A stretch of 64,000 bases of DNA from Podarcis pityusensis (Eukaryota). The position numbers were made by a program, and so were the translations under genes. The number at the start of each line of letters is the position of its first letter. Within the stretch, counting starts at the first letter, position 1. Shown piece after piece: positions 38,131 to 48,561 of the stretch. Under the pieces are notes generated by a model that saw only the letters and a list, made by a program, of their open reading frames with translations, was not told the origin of the DNA and did not search any database. Where the stretch lies: the NCBI GenBank assembly GCA_964106645.2, contig OZ067045.1; one strand, written 5' to 3'.

Positions 38131-39389
38131 GATTGTTCGGACCAACTGGCAGGAATCTTTACGAAGATTTTTAACCAGTCTCTGGCCCAAGCCACTGTTC
38201 CACCCTGTCTGAAATCCACTACCATTATACCCCTGCCAAAAACATCAAAGATAGACAGTCTGAATGATTTTCGCCCTGTGGCATTGACACCCATTATAAT
38301 GAAATGTTTCGAAAAACTGGTGAGGAACTGCATCTTATCTTGTCTGCCAGTGGGACTTGACCCTTACCAGTTTGCGTACAAGGCAAAGAGATCCACAGAG
38401 GATGCTGTGGCAATGGCTTTACATGCTGTCCTGACTCATTTGGAGAAGCAAGGGAACTACGCGAGACTGTTATTTGTAGACTTTAGTTCTGCATTTAATA
38501 CTATTCTTCCGCATAGATTGGTGTCCAAATTATTAGACCTGGGACTTCCACCATGTTTGTGCAGGTGGATATTAGACTTTCTATCAAACCGTTCCCAAAG
38601 GGTCAGGTTGGGTTCCCACGTCTCTGCGGATCTCATCATGAATACGGGGACACCGCAGGGGTGTGTGTTGAGCCTGCTTTTATACACACTCTATACAGCT
38701 GACTGTGCCCCCCAAATACCCCAGTAATAAGATCATTAAGTTCACAGATGATACAACGGTGGTTGGTTTAATTACGGCTGGAGAGGGGGAGACGGCCTAT
38801 AGGAAGGAAGTTGAGCGGTTGGGGGAGTGGTGGAGGAAAAACAACTTACTGCTTAACTTAAAGAAAACAAAAGAGATCATTGTGGACTTTAGGAAATGTA
38901 AATTTAATATTCAGCCACTTATTATTGAGGGGAAGTGCGTGGAACAGGTCTCAGTGTTTCGATTTCTGGGAATGGAATTGAGAGACGACCTAACCTGGGG
39001 AGAGAACAGCAAAGACCTGGTGAAGAGAGCACAGCAGAGGTTATATTTTCGGAGAATCCTCCGGAAAAACAATCTCTCAAAGGACCTGTTGATGGCATTC
39101 TACCATTGCACTGTGGAGAGTGTACTAACTTATGGTCTGTGCGTGTGGTTTGGGAGCTGCACGGCCAGGGAAAAAACAATGCTATCCAGGGTTGTAAAGA
39201 CTGCAGAGAGAATTATTGGGTGCACTCTTCCCACCTTAGATCAAATCTATGCTGCCAGGTGCCATAAGAAAGCGGCAGAGATAGCACATGATAGTACGCA
39301 CCCCAGAAATGATCTCTTTCAGCTTCTGCCTTCTGGAAGAATGTATAGAGTTATAAAGGCCAGGACTAGCCGCCTGAAAAACAGTTTCT
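38131..39389 (+). pseudogene. Rex-Babar reverse transcriptase ORF, disrupted
   Basis: Track ORFs 37990-38727 and 38705-39415 join through a one-base frameshift in the C-run at about 38708-38713. The catalytic motif reads FTDD at 38741-38752. The endonuclease domain is absent (5' truncation). The last codons are displaced to 41606-41640. Confidence 0.9.
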
Positions 39390-39998
39390 TTTTTTTTTTT
39401 AATGATATTTATTAAGAATTTTAAAGTTACAGAAAAAACAAAAAGAAAAAGAAAAAACATAAGAAAAACAAACCACAATCAAACAATACAAATTGATAAA
39501 AATCAAAATCAAAAAAATAAGAACAAAGCACGTAATACAACACAATCAAAAAACAAAAATAAGCCACAAACATTTAAAAAACAAGTCCAATATTCTCAAA
39601 TCCTTGACTGTTATTACCTTCTTTCTTTGACCTCCTCACTCCTCCCTTTTTTTTTGTATCCTAGTTGTTAATCGTCACAGCAAATCTTTTCCATTTTTCA
39701 TAATATTCTATCATTACATTACCTTAATCTATTTTAACCTTATCTTACTATAAAAGACCCTAAAACTTGAAACTTAGATCTTATTTATACCAATTTCTCA
39801 TAACCATAACATATTCTTACATAATTCTTTTAACATTTTTGCTAAAGCCAGATGATTTCGTTCCAACATTTTTCTAACATTCATCAATTTTATAAAGCAA
39901 TCCTAATAAAAAAAAAATTTTCTTCCAATCTTCATCCAGCGTCTCTTCCTCCTGGTCCTGGGTTTTGTCAGTCCTTTCTATCCCATCAATCTAGTGCA

Positions 39999-40631
39999 TT
40001 AACCTGGTAATCTTATGTCCGAGGCCCTTAAGTCTCTTCCATGTCCCTTCCGTGGCTCTTCTTCATATTTATACCTGTACTTTACTTTGTCTCCTGCTCC
40101 TTTCACTCGTGGGAACTCCAACTTGACAGTGTTTTTGACCCTTCTCAACAAATCAGTCCCTTTTCCATATTCCACACTAAACTCCATGTGGTATTTAAAA
40201 GCATGTTTCAAAGTCCCTCCAGAATTAAGAGCCCCCACAACCCCAAACATCTCACGACCCATTGCCAGACTTGAAAAGTCCAAACATCCCTGCATAGGGG
40301 GGTCTATCCAACCCCCCATTTCCAAACCAAACCAAACTTTATCTTTCCAAATCTGGCTTTTTCCAAGTTCATTTGTCAGATCCAAGAGTTCATGTTCCTG
40401 CTGGGCCACATCTCCCTCCATCTCTGGCGCCCGAGGTTCAGCAACATCCTCTTCCCTCATCTGATCTGTCAGAGCACACTCCTGGTTTGATTCCTGGGTG
40501 GGCTCTATGTAGTTTCCCACTACCTGTCCAAAATTTCTGATCGCAGCAGTCATCAAGTCCGTCTTCTCATGTAGCTGTTCTAGTAGGGCACTTGTTTTGC
40601 AGAAAGCACGCACCAGAGCTTCTGGATACAT
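39999..40631 (-). CDS. 210-aa ORF of the L1-type insert; unknown function, in the ORF1 position
   Basis: ATG-initiated, uninterrupted, and in the sense orientation of the element. Predicted helical/acidic N-half (EQLHEK..., QQEHELLDLTNEL) and basic C-terminus. No canonical L1 ORF1 RRM motif recognised. Confidence 0.55.
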   Translation of the reverse strand: MYPEALVRAFCKTSALLEQLHEKTDLMTAAIRNFGQVVGNYIEPTQESNQECALTDQMREEDVAEPRAPEMEGDVAQQEHELLDLTNELGKSQIWKDKVWFGLEMGGWIDPPMQGCLDFSSLAMGREMFGVVGALNSGGTLKHAFKYHMEFSVEYGKGTDLLRRVKNTVKLEFPRVKGAGDKVKYRYKYEEEPRKGHGRDLRASDIRLPG

Positions 40632-41259
40632 TGTTCTGCAAGGTCAGAAGTCTATTCCCACGATCGTAATCTGTTGCAGCTGCAGAGCTCCCCGATTCAG
40701 ATTTAGTAACAGTTTCACAGGCTCCCTCTAGGGGAAAAACTTCTATTTGTTCTTTTCTTTTAAAGGCAGATCTAGCAACAAAGTTTCCTTTTTCAGATAT
40801 TTTGTCTATATTTGTTCCTTTAAAATGCGAAAGAGAACAATGGAATCACTATATTTCTCTTCTTTTAACTATCTGTCAAAGACGTTTGTCTCTGGTCAAT
40901 GAGCTTCCCAATGAACGTCAGTCCTGACACCCCGCTCCTAGGATCAAGATGGTGGAAAATTACTTTGCTTTACACTCTCTTCTGCAGGTTTAAACAGTCC
41001 GGAAAAAATCCCCCCTCTTCTCCTGCTTCCGAAGGGGGTTCAACAATTTTAAATGATGAAAGTTAATCCTTTACAAGCGATTTTCTGAACTCTAGTTTGC
41101 CATGTCTTTGCTTTAATCTATCTACAAGAAACGGAAGGCTGACTTCCTGTTTAGACCTTCCCGTTTCAGTGCCAAATTGAGATGAATTTCTTAGTCCAAT
41201 TTTCCTTTCTACTCGCAGGTCATTATTTATAGTCCAATTGTCCGAAATTAAAGTACTCA

Positions 41260-41589
41260 CGGGTGATTGTTTTAAAAGCCAAATTGTCCCAGGAAAAAGG
41301 CAGCGCTCTCCGGCAACGGCTGTGCGGCTTCGCTCCACGGAAGAAGCAGTTGACTCTCAGCACCGTGCCACTTCCCCCTCTTCGCTCCGGAGTCCATAAG
41401 TGGGTTCCTGTACGGGTTGGGGGGGCGCTAAAGGTGCCCGCCGAGTCCCATGGTCACAGGCTTCATCCGCCTGTGATTTTTGAAAGGGTCCCCGCTTCGC
41501 CATAGCGGGAAAGACCCGTTTTCCGTGGAGCTGGTCCCTCCGAATCAGAGGGAATCCGCCATTACCAATGGCACCACCCCGGAAGTCCT
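41260..41589 (-). promoter_or_regulatory. CpG-rich internal Pol II promoter (5' UTR) of the L1-type insert
   Basis: ETS-type ACTTCCGG at the very 5' end. YY1-type AATGGCGG (plus-strand CCGCCATT at 41556-41563). High CpG density versus the flanks. Confidence 0.65.
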
Positions 41590-41702
41590 CTGAAAAACAG
41601 TTTCTACACTAATGCAATTCTGGTTCTAAACGCAGCATAAGGGGTCTCTGTAGTATAGTGTATTTTAAAATGGGGTTTTAGAGTTTTTAGGGGTTTTTGA
41701 AT

Positions 41703-41801
41703 GTTTTATGTAGTTTTGTAGTAGTTTTATGTAGTTTTTATGTAGTTTTATGTAGTTTTGTGGTAGTTTTATGTAGTTTTTATGTAGTTTTATGTAGTTT
41801 T
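41703..41801 (+). repeat. (TATGTAGTTT)-type minisatellite with a ~42-bp higher-order unit in the Rex-Babar 3' UTR
   Basis: Read directly; it explains the VLCSFVVVLCSFYV repeat in the ORF track. Confidence 0.85.
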
Positions 41802-41862
41802 CAATTTTATTGTTCCGCAAGGGACAATGACAATAAAAATATTGTATTGTATCGTATCGTAT

Positions 41863-42137
41863 CCGGTGGGAAGGAGCAAAAAGATAGTCCCTCAGAAAAT
41901 GAGGAAGAGGCAGGAGCTGACCCTCTTAGTCCCAGGTCTTGGTGTATGGGAGGGCTATAGGATAGGAGGCAGGGCAAAAGATGTCAGAGGTTAAAAATCT
42001 GTTGCTTCTGCTCTTGCCTGAATGATGGTGACGGCTGTGTTAGAGCCGTCCTGAGTTATCTGTTTGTTTTGACAATAAATCATCCTTCAATGAACTATGC
42101 TCACTGTGTTACCAAGCCAGGAATTGGACTCCTGACA
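41863..42137 (+). mobile_element. Candidate 3' part of a Gypsy-like solo LTR, interrupted by Rex-Babar
   Basis: Purine-rich U3-like tract, TTAAAA at about 41991, AATAAA at 42074-42079, and a terminal ...CCTGACA at 42137. Similar-style sequence precedes the LINE at about 37960-38128. Confidence 0.4.
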
Positions 42138-43997
42138 TCCTGGTTATCAGATCAAGTTCCCAACACCTTAAGTACCCACCACCTAAAGGACAATAAAACT
42201 ATCTGTGCATATCGTTGCCTTCTGGCCTTCCCAAGAGCTGTGGGAACACCTGGCCTCAGGAAACCCATCAATGGATGTTTGTTGTTCCCCTGTATATCCC
42301 AAGGATTATGGAGGAGGGTGGTATCCAAGTTGAGTATGTGACTTGCTTAGAGGATTATGGAGGAAGGCGATGTCCAAGTCTGTCTTTCCTTTTGAAGAAA
42401 AATGTCATTGAAATGGGGAGAATTGGTTATGGCATTGATTTTATGTGATTTTTCAAAGGTCAGTAGCCCATCAGCACTGTCAAGTACAAGGGGATACAAT
42501 TTTGACACTTTCTTGCAACAAAGCAACAAGTTTTGCCAATCAAAACCAGAAGGGATACAATTTACAAGCTTTCTCCATTATCTGCACAGCAGGGGGTGTT
42601 CAGCCAACAGTGCAAAGACTGAGCTGAAGCGTTCCCTGCTGGTTACTTGCTTTCAGCAATAGGGGTCGCTGTTTGGTAGTACCCTATTGGTGGCTCTTAC
42701 ATAATTCACAAAATACAGAGTCCATTCATAAAACACAGTGTTCATTGATAAAGCAGTAACATAAATCTCCATTGGTACATATTGGGTGTATACGTACAGG
42801 TTTATGGCCATGCTGTAGTTTAGTGCTTATGCAACTGTGAATAAAAGGTGGTTGGGCTCATTGTTCAGGGGTTTGGGGGGGGGGGAGAAGTGACAAAACT
42901 GATTTCCAATAAGTGCCCCCCTTTATTTCCATAACAAGTCCTTGGGTCTGAACTCTGAGTAGTGACACCAGGGACCTAGAAGGGGCAGGGCTTGTCAGTC
43001 CAACCACTGCACAGTCTCATCAGGTCTGGCCTTAAGGCAATTGGAGTAATTTGGACAATTAGGCCCTGTGGGCCGCTCCTAACGGGGCCCCCACACCAGG
43101 GCAATCTAGATGGATTTTATTTAGTTCTCTAAGATTTTGCAGACTTTGGCTATGAACTGGGGCCCTACAAAAAAATCCAAGTTGGACCCCAATGCTTCAA
43201 ACTGGGCCCCACTGGTTAACTCTGAGTCTCATAGTTCCTGTGCCCGAGTTGCCCTGCCCTTGCACGAAGTCTTGGGTTTGCGATTTTGGGAGAGGGGAGA
43301 CTGTGGCACTGGAGAGCAGCCAAGCTGGCGGGGGGCCCTAGATTTAGAGGCCCTAGGCTTCAGCCTACTTAACCTATACATAAATCCAGCACTCACTGGT
43401 CCCCACCTTGTTCCCCCAGATTTGAAAGCAGCTGCCTCAATCTGCCTAATGATATTTATAGCCAATAATCACAAGCAGATACCTTGCTTGGAAATTATGT
43501 CCGCAATGGAAAGTGATGGTCACAGTGGAAAGTGTGGGCTGCCATAGAAAGTGAGGGTTCCAATGGAGTGATCTGGAAAGCATCCCTATCCCACCCATGA
43601 ATAGAAGGTGATGCAGTCAAATGTAGCAGTTTGTGTCATCCATATTCCCTGGAGAAACTATTGCAAAATAACAAATGCAAAAAACTTTGCTGAGCTTAAC
43701 TTTCATAAGAATTCCAATACAGATCAAAATGGAGCTTGAAAGCTTAGAACTGGCCCCTGCTTTCCAAGACATGGCTCAGATTATTAGAGCTGTGTGCAGC
43801 TCTTTCCCCAGTTTGCCCATCGGTGGCGAACCTACATTTTGGGGGCCCTGAAGCTTGAGCTGTTATGGGGGCCTCTTTGCAACCAGTAACCACTGTTATG
43901 TTCTTCAGTGGGGTTTTTCCATAACAGATCACCACTTCTTTTTTAAAAAACTACAACTTCTCACATTTTGCTTTAAATTGCTGTACTGTGACACTTC

Positions 43998-44107
43998 CAG
44001 TGTTCCCGAGGCTACTAACATTAGTTTGACCAAACTGCGGGAGGCAGTGGAAGACAGGAGTGCCTGGTGTGCTCTGGTCCATGGAGTCACGAAGAGTCAG
44101 ACATGAC

Positions 44108-44140
<33 letters not shown>
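43998..44140 (+). mobile_element. BovB/RTE LINE 3' fragment with (CAA)n tail
   Basis: AGTTTGACCAAACTGCGGGAGGCAGTGGAAGACAGGAGTGCCTGGTGTGCTCTGGTCCATGGAGTCACGAAGAGTCAGACATGACTAAAC followed by (AAC)n. 13-bp TSD ACTGTGACACTTC at 43985-43997 and 44141-44153. Confidence 0.92.
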
Positions 44141-44141
<1 letters not shown>

Positions 44142-45185
44142 CTGTGACACTTCACTTTTACAGCATCTGTGTTATTGACTCTCAAGCTTTGGGATTGTTG
44201 AAATATATACAACAACAACAAAATCTCTGAGGGGAAGCTACTTGTGAGTGATCACTCTGCACTCTGCAGGATAGATGCCCCCCACTCAACAGCTGTTGAT
44301 TGGAGGCATTTATCCTGGGGATTAGGGCATCATCCAGGAATTACAGTTGGGTAGTATTGGACTCCTAACTTCTCCAAGCAAGATGCAACAAGCGGTTAGG
44401 TAGCTCTTGGCCTTTTCATGCATTTTTCCAGTTTGCCTCTCCTTCCTGTCTGATGCCACACCCCAGGGCACCCTGAAAGGGCTCTAGGCCACCCAGCCTG
44501 ACCTGCAGCAATTAAGTGCTGTCTCCGATCCCTCAACAGAAGCCCAGATCCCTTCATGTAGGCCTGTTTTGGCTTGAACAAATCCATAAAGAATATGATA
44601 TTGCCTTTATCGAAAAGGACATGAAGGTTTCTGCAATATGCTTATCAAGGTTTATCTCCACAAGTTGTGCTTGATTAAGCTGGGACTATAACTTTTGTCA
44701 GAGCAGTCAATGTCTGGAAAAAGACATGTTTCAAAACCAAATACAGCTAGCAACCGCTGCTCTTGGTTTAATCAAAACTGGCTGCTAAATCTTTAATTCT
44801 GACCTAGCATTAAATCAGATTGAACTGGACAAGCTCAAGACAGGAGACTGAAAGAGGAGCAGCAGAAGAAAGTACACCAGGGGATTTTTCAATATCGCCT
44901 GCTGTGGCATAAAACCCAGAACCCCGTTGGCTACAGAAAATGAGTAGGGGGAGGGCAGTGTGGAAGAGAGGGCTCATGCGCTCATGAGTACCAGCCAATG
45001 GAGGAAAAGAGTGAGGAGCTTCATATCACTCATTGGAGGAAGGAGTCAGAACATAATTCAGAGGGCAGAACATCTGCTTTGCATGCAGAAGGTCCCACAT
45101 TCAATCTCCTGCATTACCAGATAGGATTGAGAGAGGTGCTTGCATGAAACCCCGGAGAGCTGCTGCCAGTCAGTGTAGACAATAC

Positions 45186-45532
45186 CAGACCCTCCTAGTG
45201 TCCCTATTTTTCAGGGACTTCCCTGATTTAGAGAAGCCATCCTGGTTTCTGATTTGATCCTGGAATGTCCCTATTCCTTAAGATGTCCTTATTTTCACTG
45301 GAGAAATGTTGGAGGTTATGGAGGTATCTGACTGCTGAGCCATCTGAAGGCAATTCTGTATAAGGAAGTTTTTTTTAAAAAAATTGTTTAATGTTTTATT
45401 ATCCTTTTATATATGTTGGAAGCAGCCCAGAGTGGCTGGGGCAACCCAGTAAGGTGTGTGGGGTATAAATAGTCAAATTATCATTATGGAATGGGACGTC
45501 CCTATTTTCTATGAAGAAATGTGGGAGGTACG
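45186..45532. mobile_element. Non-autonomous TIR element inserted in a tRNA SINE
   Basis: Termini CAGACCCTCC / GGAGGTACG. CAATAC duplicated at 45180-45185 and 45533-45538. The host SINE resumes correctly after the insert. Internal GTCCCTATTTT repeats and an L2 tail fragment at about 45410-45490. Confidence 0.7.
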
Positions 45533-47295
45533 CAATACTGAGCTAGATGAACCAATGGTGTGACTTGGTCTAAGGTATTTTCCTATATTTCCAGGGGTGA
45601 CTAACAACCTATGGCCTTCGACGGGATTCTCTGTGAGCTTCACAGCAAAGGTTCTCTTTTATATAAGAAAAACCATACCCAGGTGATTTAACGTACAGAC
45701 CTGTGCTATTATTATAGGTCTATCTACTTGCCACTCATCTTTACATCAGTGATGGTCCAATTTCATTATTAACAGCCATACAATTGTGGTTGGTGCCTAT
45801 TGGGAATGGTAGGGTGGAAGGCAGGGAGGAGGAGCCAGAGCAAATGACAAATAGAAGGCAGAAGCAGAGCCAGTGAGATGCAGAGCCAATGGGAGGCAGT
45901 GCCACAGCCAAAGCCAATGATAGGCTGAGCTGACAGAAGGTGGAGCCAGAACTGAGGGGCAGAGACAATAGGAGACAGAGCCAGAACCAATGGCAGGCAG
46001 AGTCAATAGGAGGCAGAAACCAGAACTAATGATAGGAAGAGCCAACTGGTTCAAGGTTTGTCATGATCCCTCTCCCTGTTGAGTTCTCCTGGGACTAAGG
46101 AGGAAGCTGATAGGCAGTGTGCCACCCCACCCCCCACCCCGGGCTAGTTGCAAGTAAGAAGGCAGGCAAGTGGGAGCTGACCAAAGGCAGAGACTGAACT
46201 CGACAGGCCAGTCTCCTCTGAGCCCCTCTCCTATCCTGCTTTAAACCCGTCCTTGAGTGTATTTGTCCAGCTGGAATGTGTCCTTGAACTTTTACAGTGC
46301 TTCTTGTGTGCTTGAAGGACATGCGTGTGTTTCCATGGAAAGTAGCCTATTACATTTTGGTAAATTTTTATGTTTTGCTCCACCCACGTCAGCCTCTGGT
46401 CTCCACCAGAGAATGGGAAACGTGGCCCCCAGGCTGTAAAAGTTTCCCCACTCCTGATGTAAAGTGTCATCCACTGCTGATGGATCAAAAAAGGCCACAG
46501 ATGTTTAGAATGTGACCTTAGTGTGTTTTTGAAACTCTGCAGTATAAAACATCAATCAATAGCACTATAATTTTATCTCAGTCCAGCTTGCTCCTCATAA
46601 AGAAATTCATCTGCAGAGACCCATGTCTGTAGGTTTTTGGAGAGGAAAGCTTCCATACCATTTTGCTGACACATCTATAAAACTGATTGTTCAATAATTT
46701 CCACATTTTCCTCCTTTTTTAAAACCCATGGGGACAAATAATGCTCAAATTTTACCCTTTTTGGAGCTGGACCTGTACAGTTCATCATTGTAAATGTCTG
46801 AGTGAAAATGGAAAGCCACTAGTATGCACATTTTAAAATCATTACAAAATTCATATACCACTTGTTTGTGGTAAAACTTCTAAGTGGTACATGACAAATA
46901 CTAAAATTATCAATTATGAAAATGGTTTTAAAACAGTTTAAAATATTTAAGAATAATTGAATTGAACAGTAAAAAAGATTAAAACATGTCAATATTTTAA
47001 GCGTCAGGAGAGGCTTGCCTACACAAAAAATGTTTTAAGCAGGCACTGAAAAGAGGGCAGCCAAGACACCTGCCTGATATCAATAGGCAGGGAGTTCCAA
47101 AGTGTAGGTGCTGCCACACAAAAAGGCCAGTCTCTTAGAACTCCAGAACATGGATTATGTAGCATCTCTAATGCCAGTTTTGCAGATTAAAATGACTGAG
47201 TGGGCACATGTGAAGTCAGGCAAATTGTTCTCAAGCCATTAATACTTGCTATCAGGATCATCCCAATCTTGAAAAGTTCAGATCCCCTTATTTGG

Positions 47296-47340
47296 CATCC
47301 AAGCACTGATGAGGCCCAATCCCGCTTAGCTTTGCAAATG
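47296..47340 (-). mobile_element. 5S rRNA-derived SINE head fragment (SINE3-like); second copy at about 55960-56015
   Basis: CATCCAAGCACTGATGAGGCCCAATCCCGCTTAGCTT matches the reverse complement of the 5S internal control region (AAGCTAAGCAGGGTCGGGCCTGGTTAGTACTTGGATG) with several mismatches. Confidence 0.5.
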
Positions 47341-48528
47341 GGTACTCTCAAGATGTTCACCTCTGGGTGTGAAGATCAACCATTTGGAAAATGGTTTCAT
47401 AATTAGCATGTAAAGCAGACTTTCAGGTAGATTGAGGTTCCCTTCCCGTGTTTTCTATCTGGATATGGGGGGCATACCCCATTGCCACCATCAGGTTTAT
47501 CAACTGCTCACCTGAAACTTTCCTACACCTGCAGATCAGCTCTCCACCCTCTGAGAACATCTCTTGATAAGCATCATTTCTGCTTGGACTTGAGTCTAGG
47601 CTGACTTTGTTAAGAGGGCACTCAATGGAGTCAAGCAAAGATATTGTAATGGGAGAAGGGTGATGGACCCTCATAAACATGCCAGGCTTGTTTACACCAG
47701 ATGGACTCTCTAGTTTTGAGGGACACAAAATTGATGCCTTGTTACATGGACATCTTGTGTGTTTCCATTCTGGCTCCATTTGGAGGCCTCCAAAGGAGAT
47801 GCTCCCTTCTCTTATTTCCCATCAATTAATATCATTAACCTATTAATACACTGGAGTGGTTCATAGTGCAAATGCTGCAAGCCAATTTCAGTGAGCAGCA
47901 CAAAGCAACCAGCAGCTTGGATCATCTGATAAACAGGCCCAGAGGGGCAGTTAGGATGCAGATAATATTAGGTGAGTGAAGGGGAGCCAAAAAATCCGGC
48001 GAGCCACTTGAGCAGCGAGTGTCAACATAAATATCTGAGCACATCAGGGTGCGTGTGTATATTTTATGCTGATGTGCCCATACGTTATCCACTAAGTGTT
48101 TAGTCAACCATCTTGGTCTTCCCCACAATTCATTTATCTGCATGAGGCAGAGCTGCAAACAGGACAGTTCTTTAGGAACAAGCGGCTTCTGCGTGTTTTC
48201 CGTCACTGTTTACAATCCCTCATGTTCGCATTTCTATAATTCATGAGGCAAAGCGGGTCCTCGGCGAGTGTTTTCCATAAAGGTTGGAGCGCTGCGAATG
48301 CTCAGGCTTGTCACGCACGGAATCCAAATGCGCCCACTTTCCCCCTAATACATCACCGCTCAAAGACGTTTTGGCAATGATATTATCCAAATATTATTAA
48401 AACTTTGAACCCTGTCCTCATAAATTAGGGCAAAATGGCTTCAGAGCCATTAGGCCAGGAGGATGTATGGGCTCCAGTTGCTCAGGAGTAATTATGTGCT
48501 TAAAAGGAAGCGTGGCTTAGCATTCAGC

Positions 48529-48529
<1 letters not shown>

Positions 48530-48561
<32 letters not shown>
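48530..48561. repeat. (AG)n microsatellite
   Basis: Read directly from the sequence. Confidence 0.95.

Larger units (their letters stand above)
39390..41589 (-). mobile_element. Complete 2.2-kb L1-type non-autonomous retroposon (HAL1-like or internally deleted L1)
   Basis: Perfect 16-bp TSD CTGAAAAACAGTTTCT at 39374-39389 and 41590-41605. Poly(T) at 39390-39400 with the AATAAA complement TTTATT at 39408-39413. CpG-rich 5' end starting AGGACTTCCGG. No RT or endonuclease ORF. Confidence 0.9.
38129..41862 (+). mobile_element. Rex1/Babar-clade non-LTR retrotransposon, 5'-truncated and interrupted by a 2.2-kb insertion
   Basis: RT-domain translation [17 protein letters not shown]...[21 protein letters not shown]...LDPYQFAY...RSTEDA...[13 protein letters not shown]...[11 protein letters not shown]...KFTDDTTVVGLI...RTSRLKNSF. 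It continues after the insertion as YTNAILVLNAA*. The 3' UTR ends in a (TATTG/TATCG)n tail at about 41840-41862. Confidence 0.93.

Noticed and set aside
40015-40464. 149-aa plus-strand ORF
   Set aside because: It is the antisense shadow of the 210-aa ORF, opposite to the element's orientation.
41697-41960. Hydrophobic repeat ORF (VLCSFVVVLCSFY)
   Set aside because: It is the translation of the Rex-Babar 3' UTR minisatellite.
42338-42967. Possible second solo LTR (TGTGAC...GTGACA with CCAAT-like boxes)
   Set aside because: No matching TSD was found and the boundaries are ambiguous, so it is not supportable without a repeat library.
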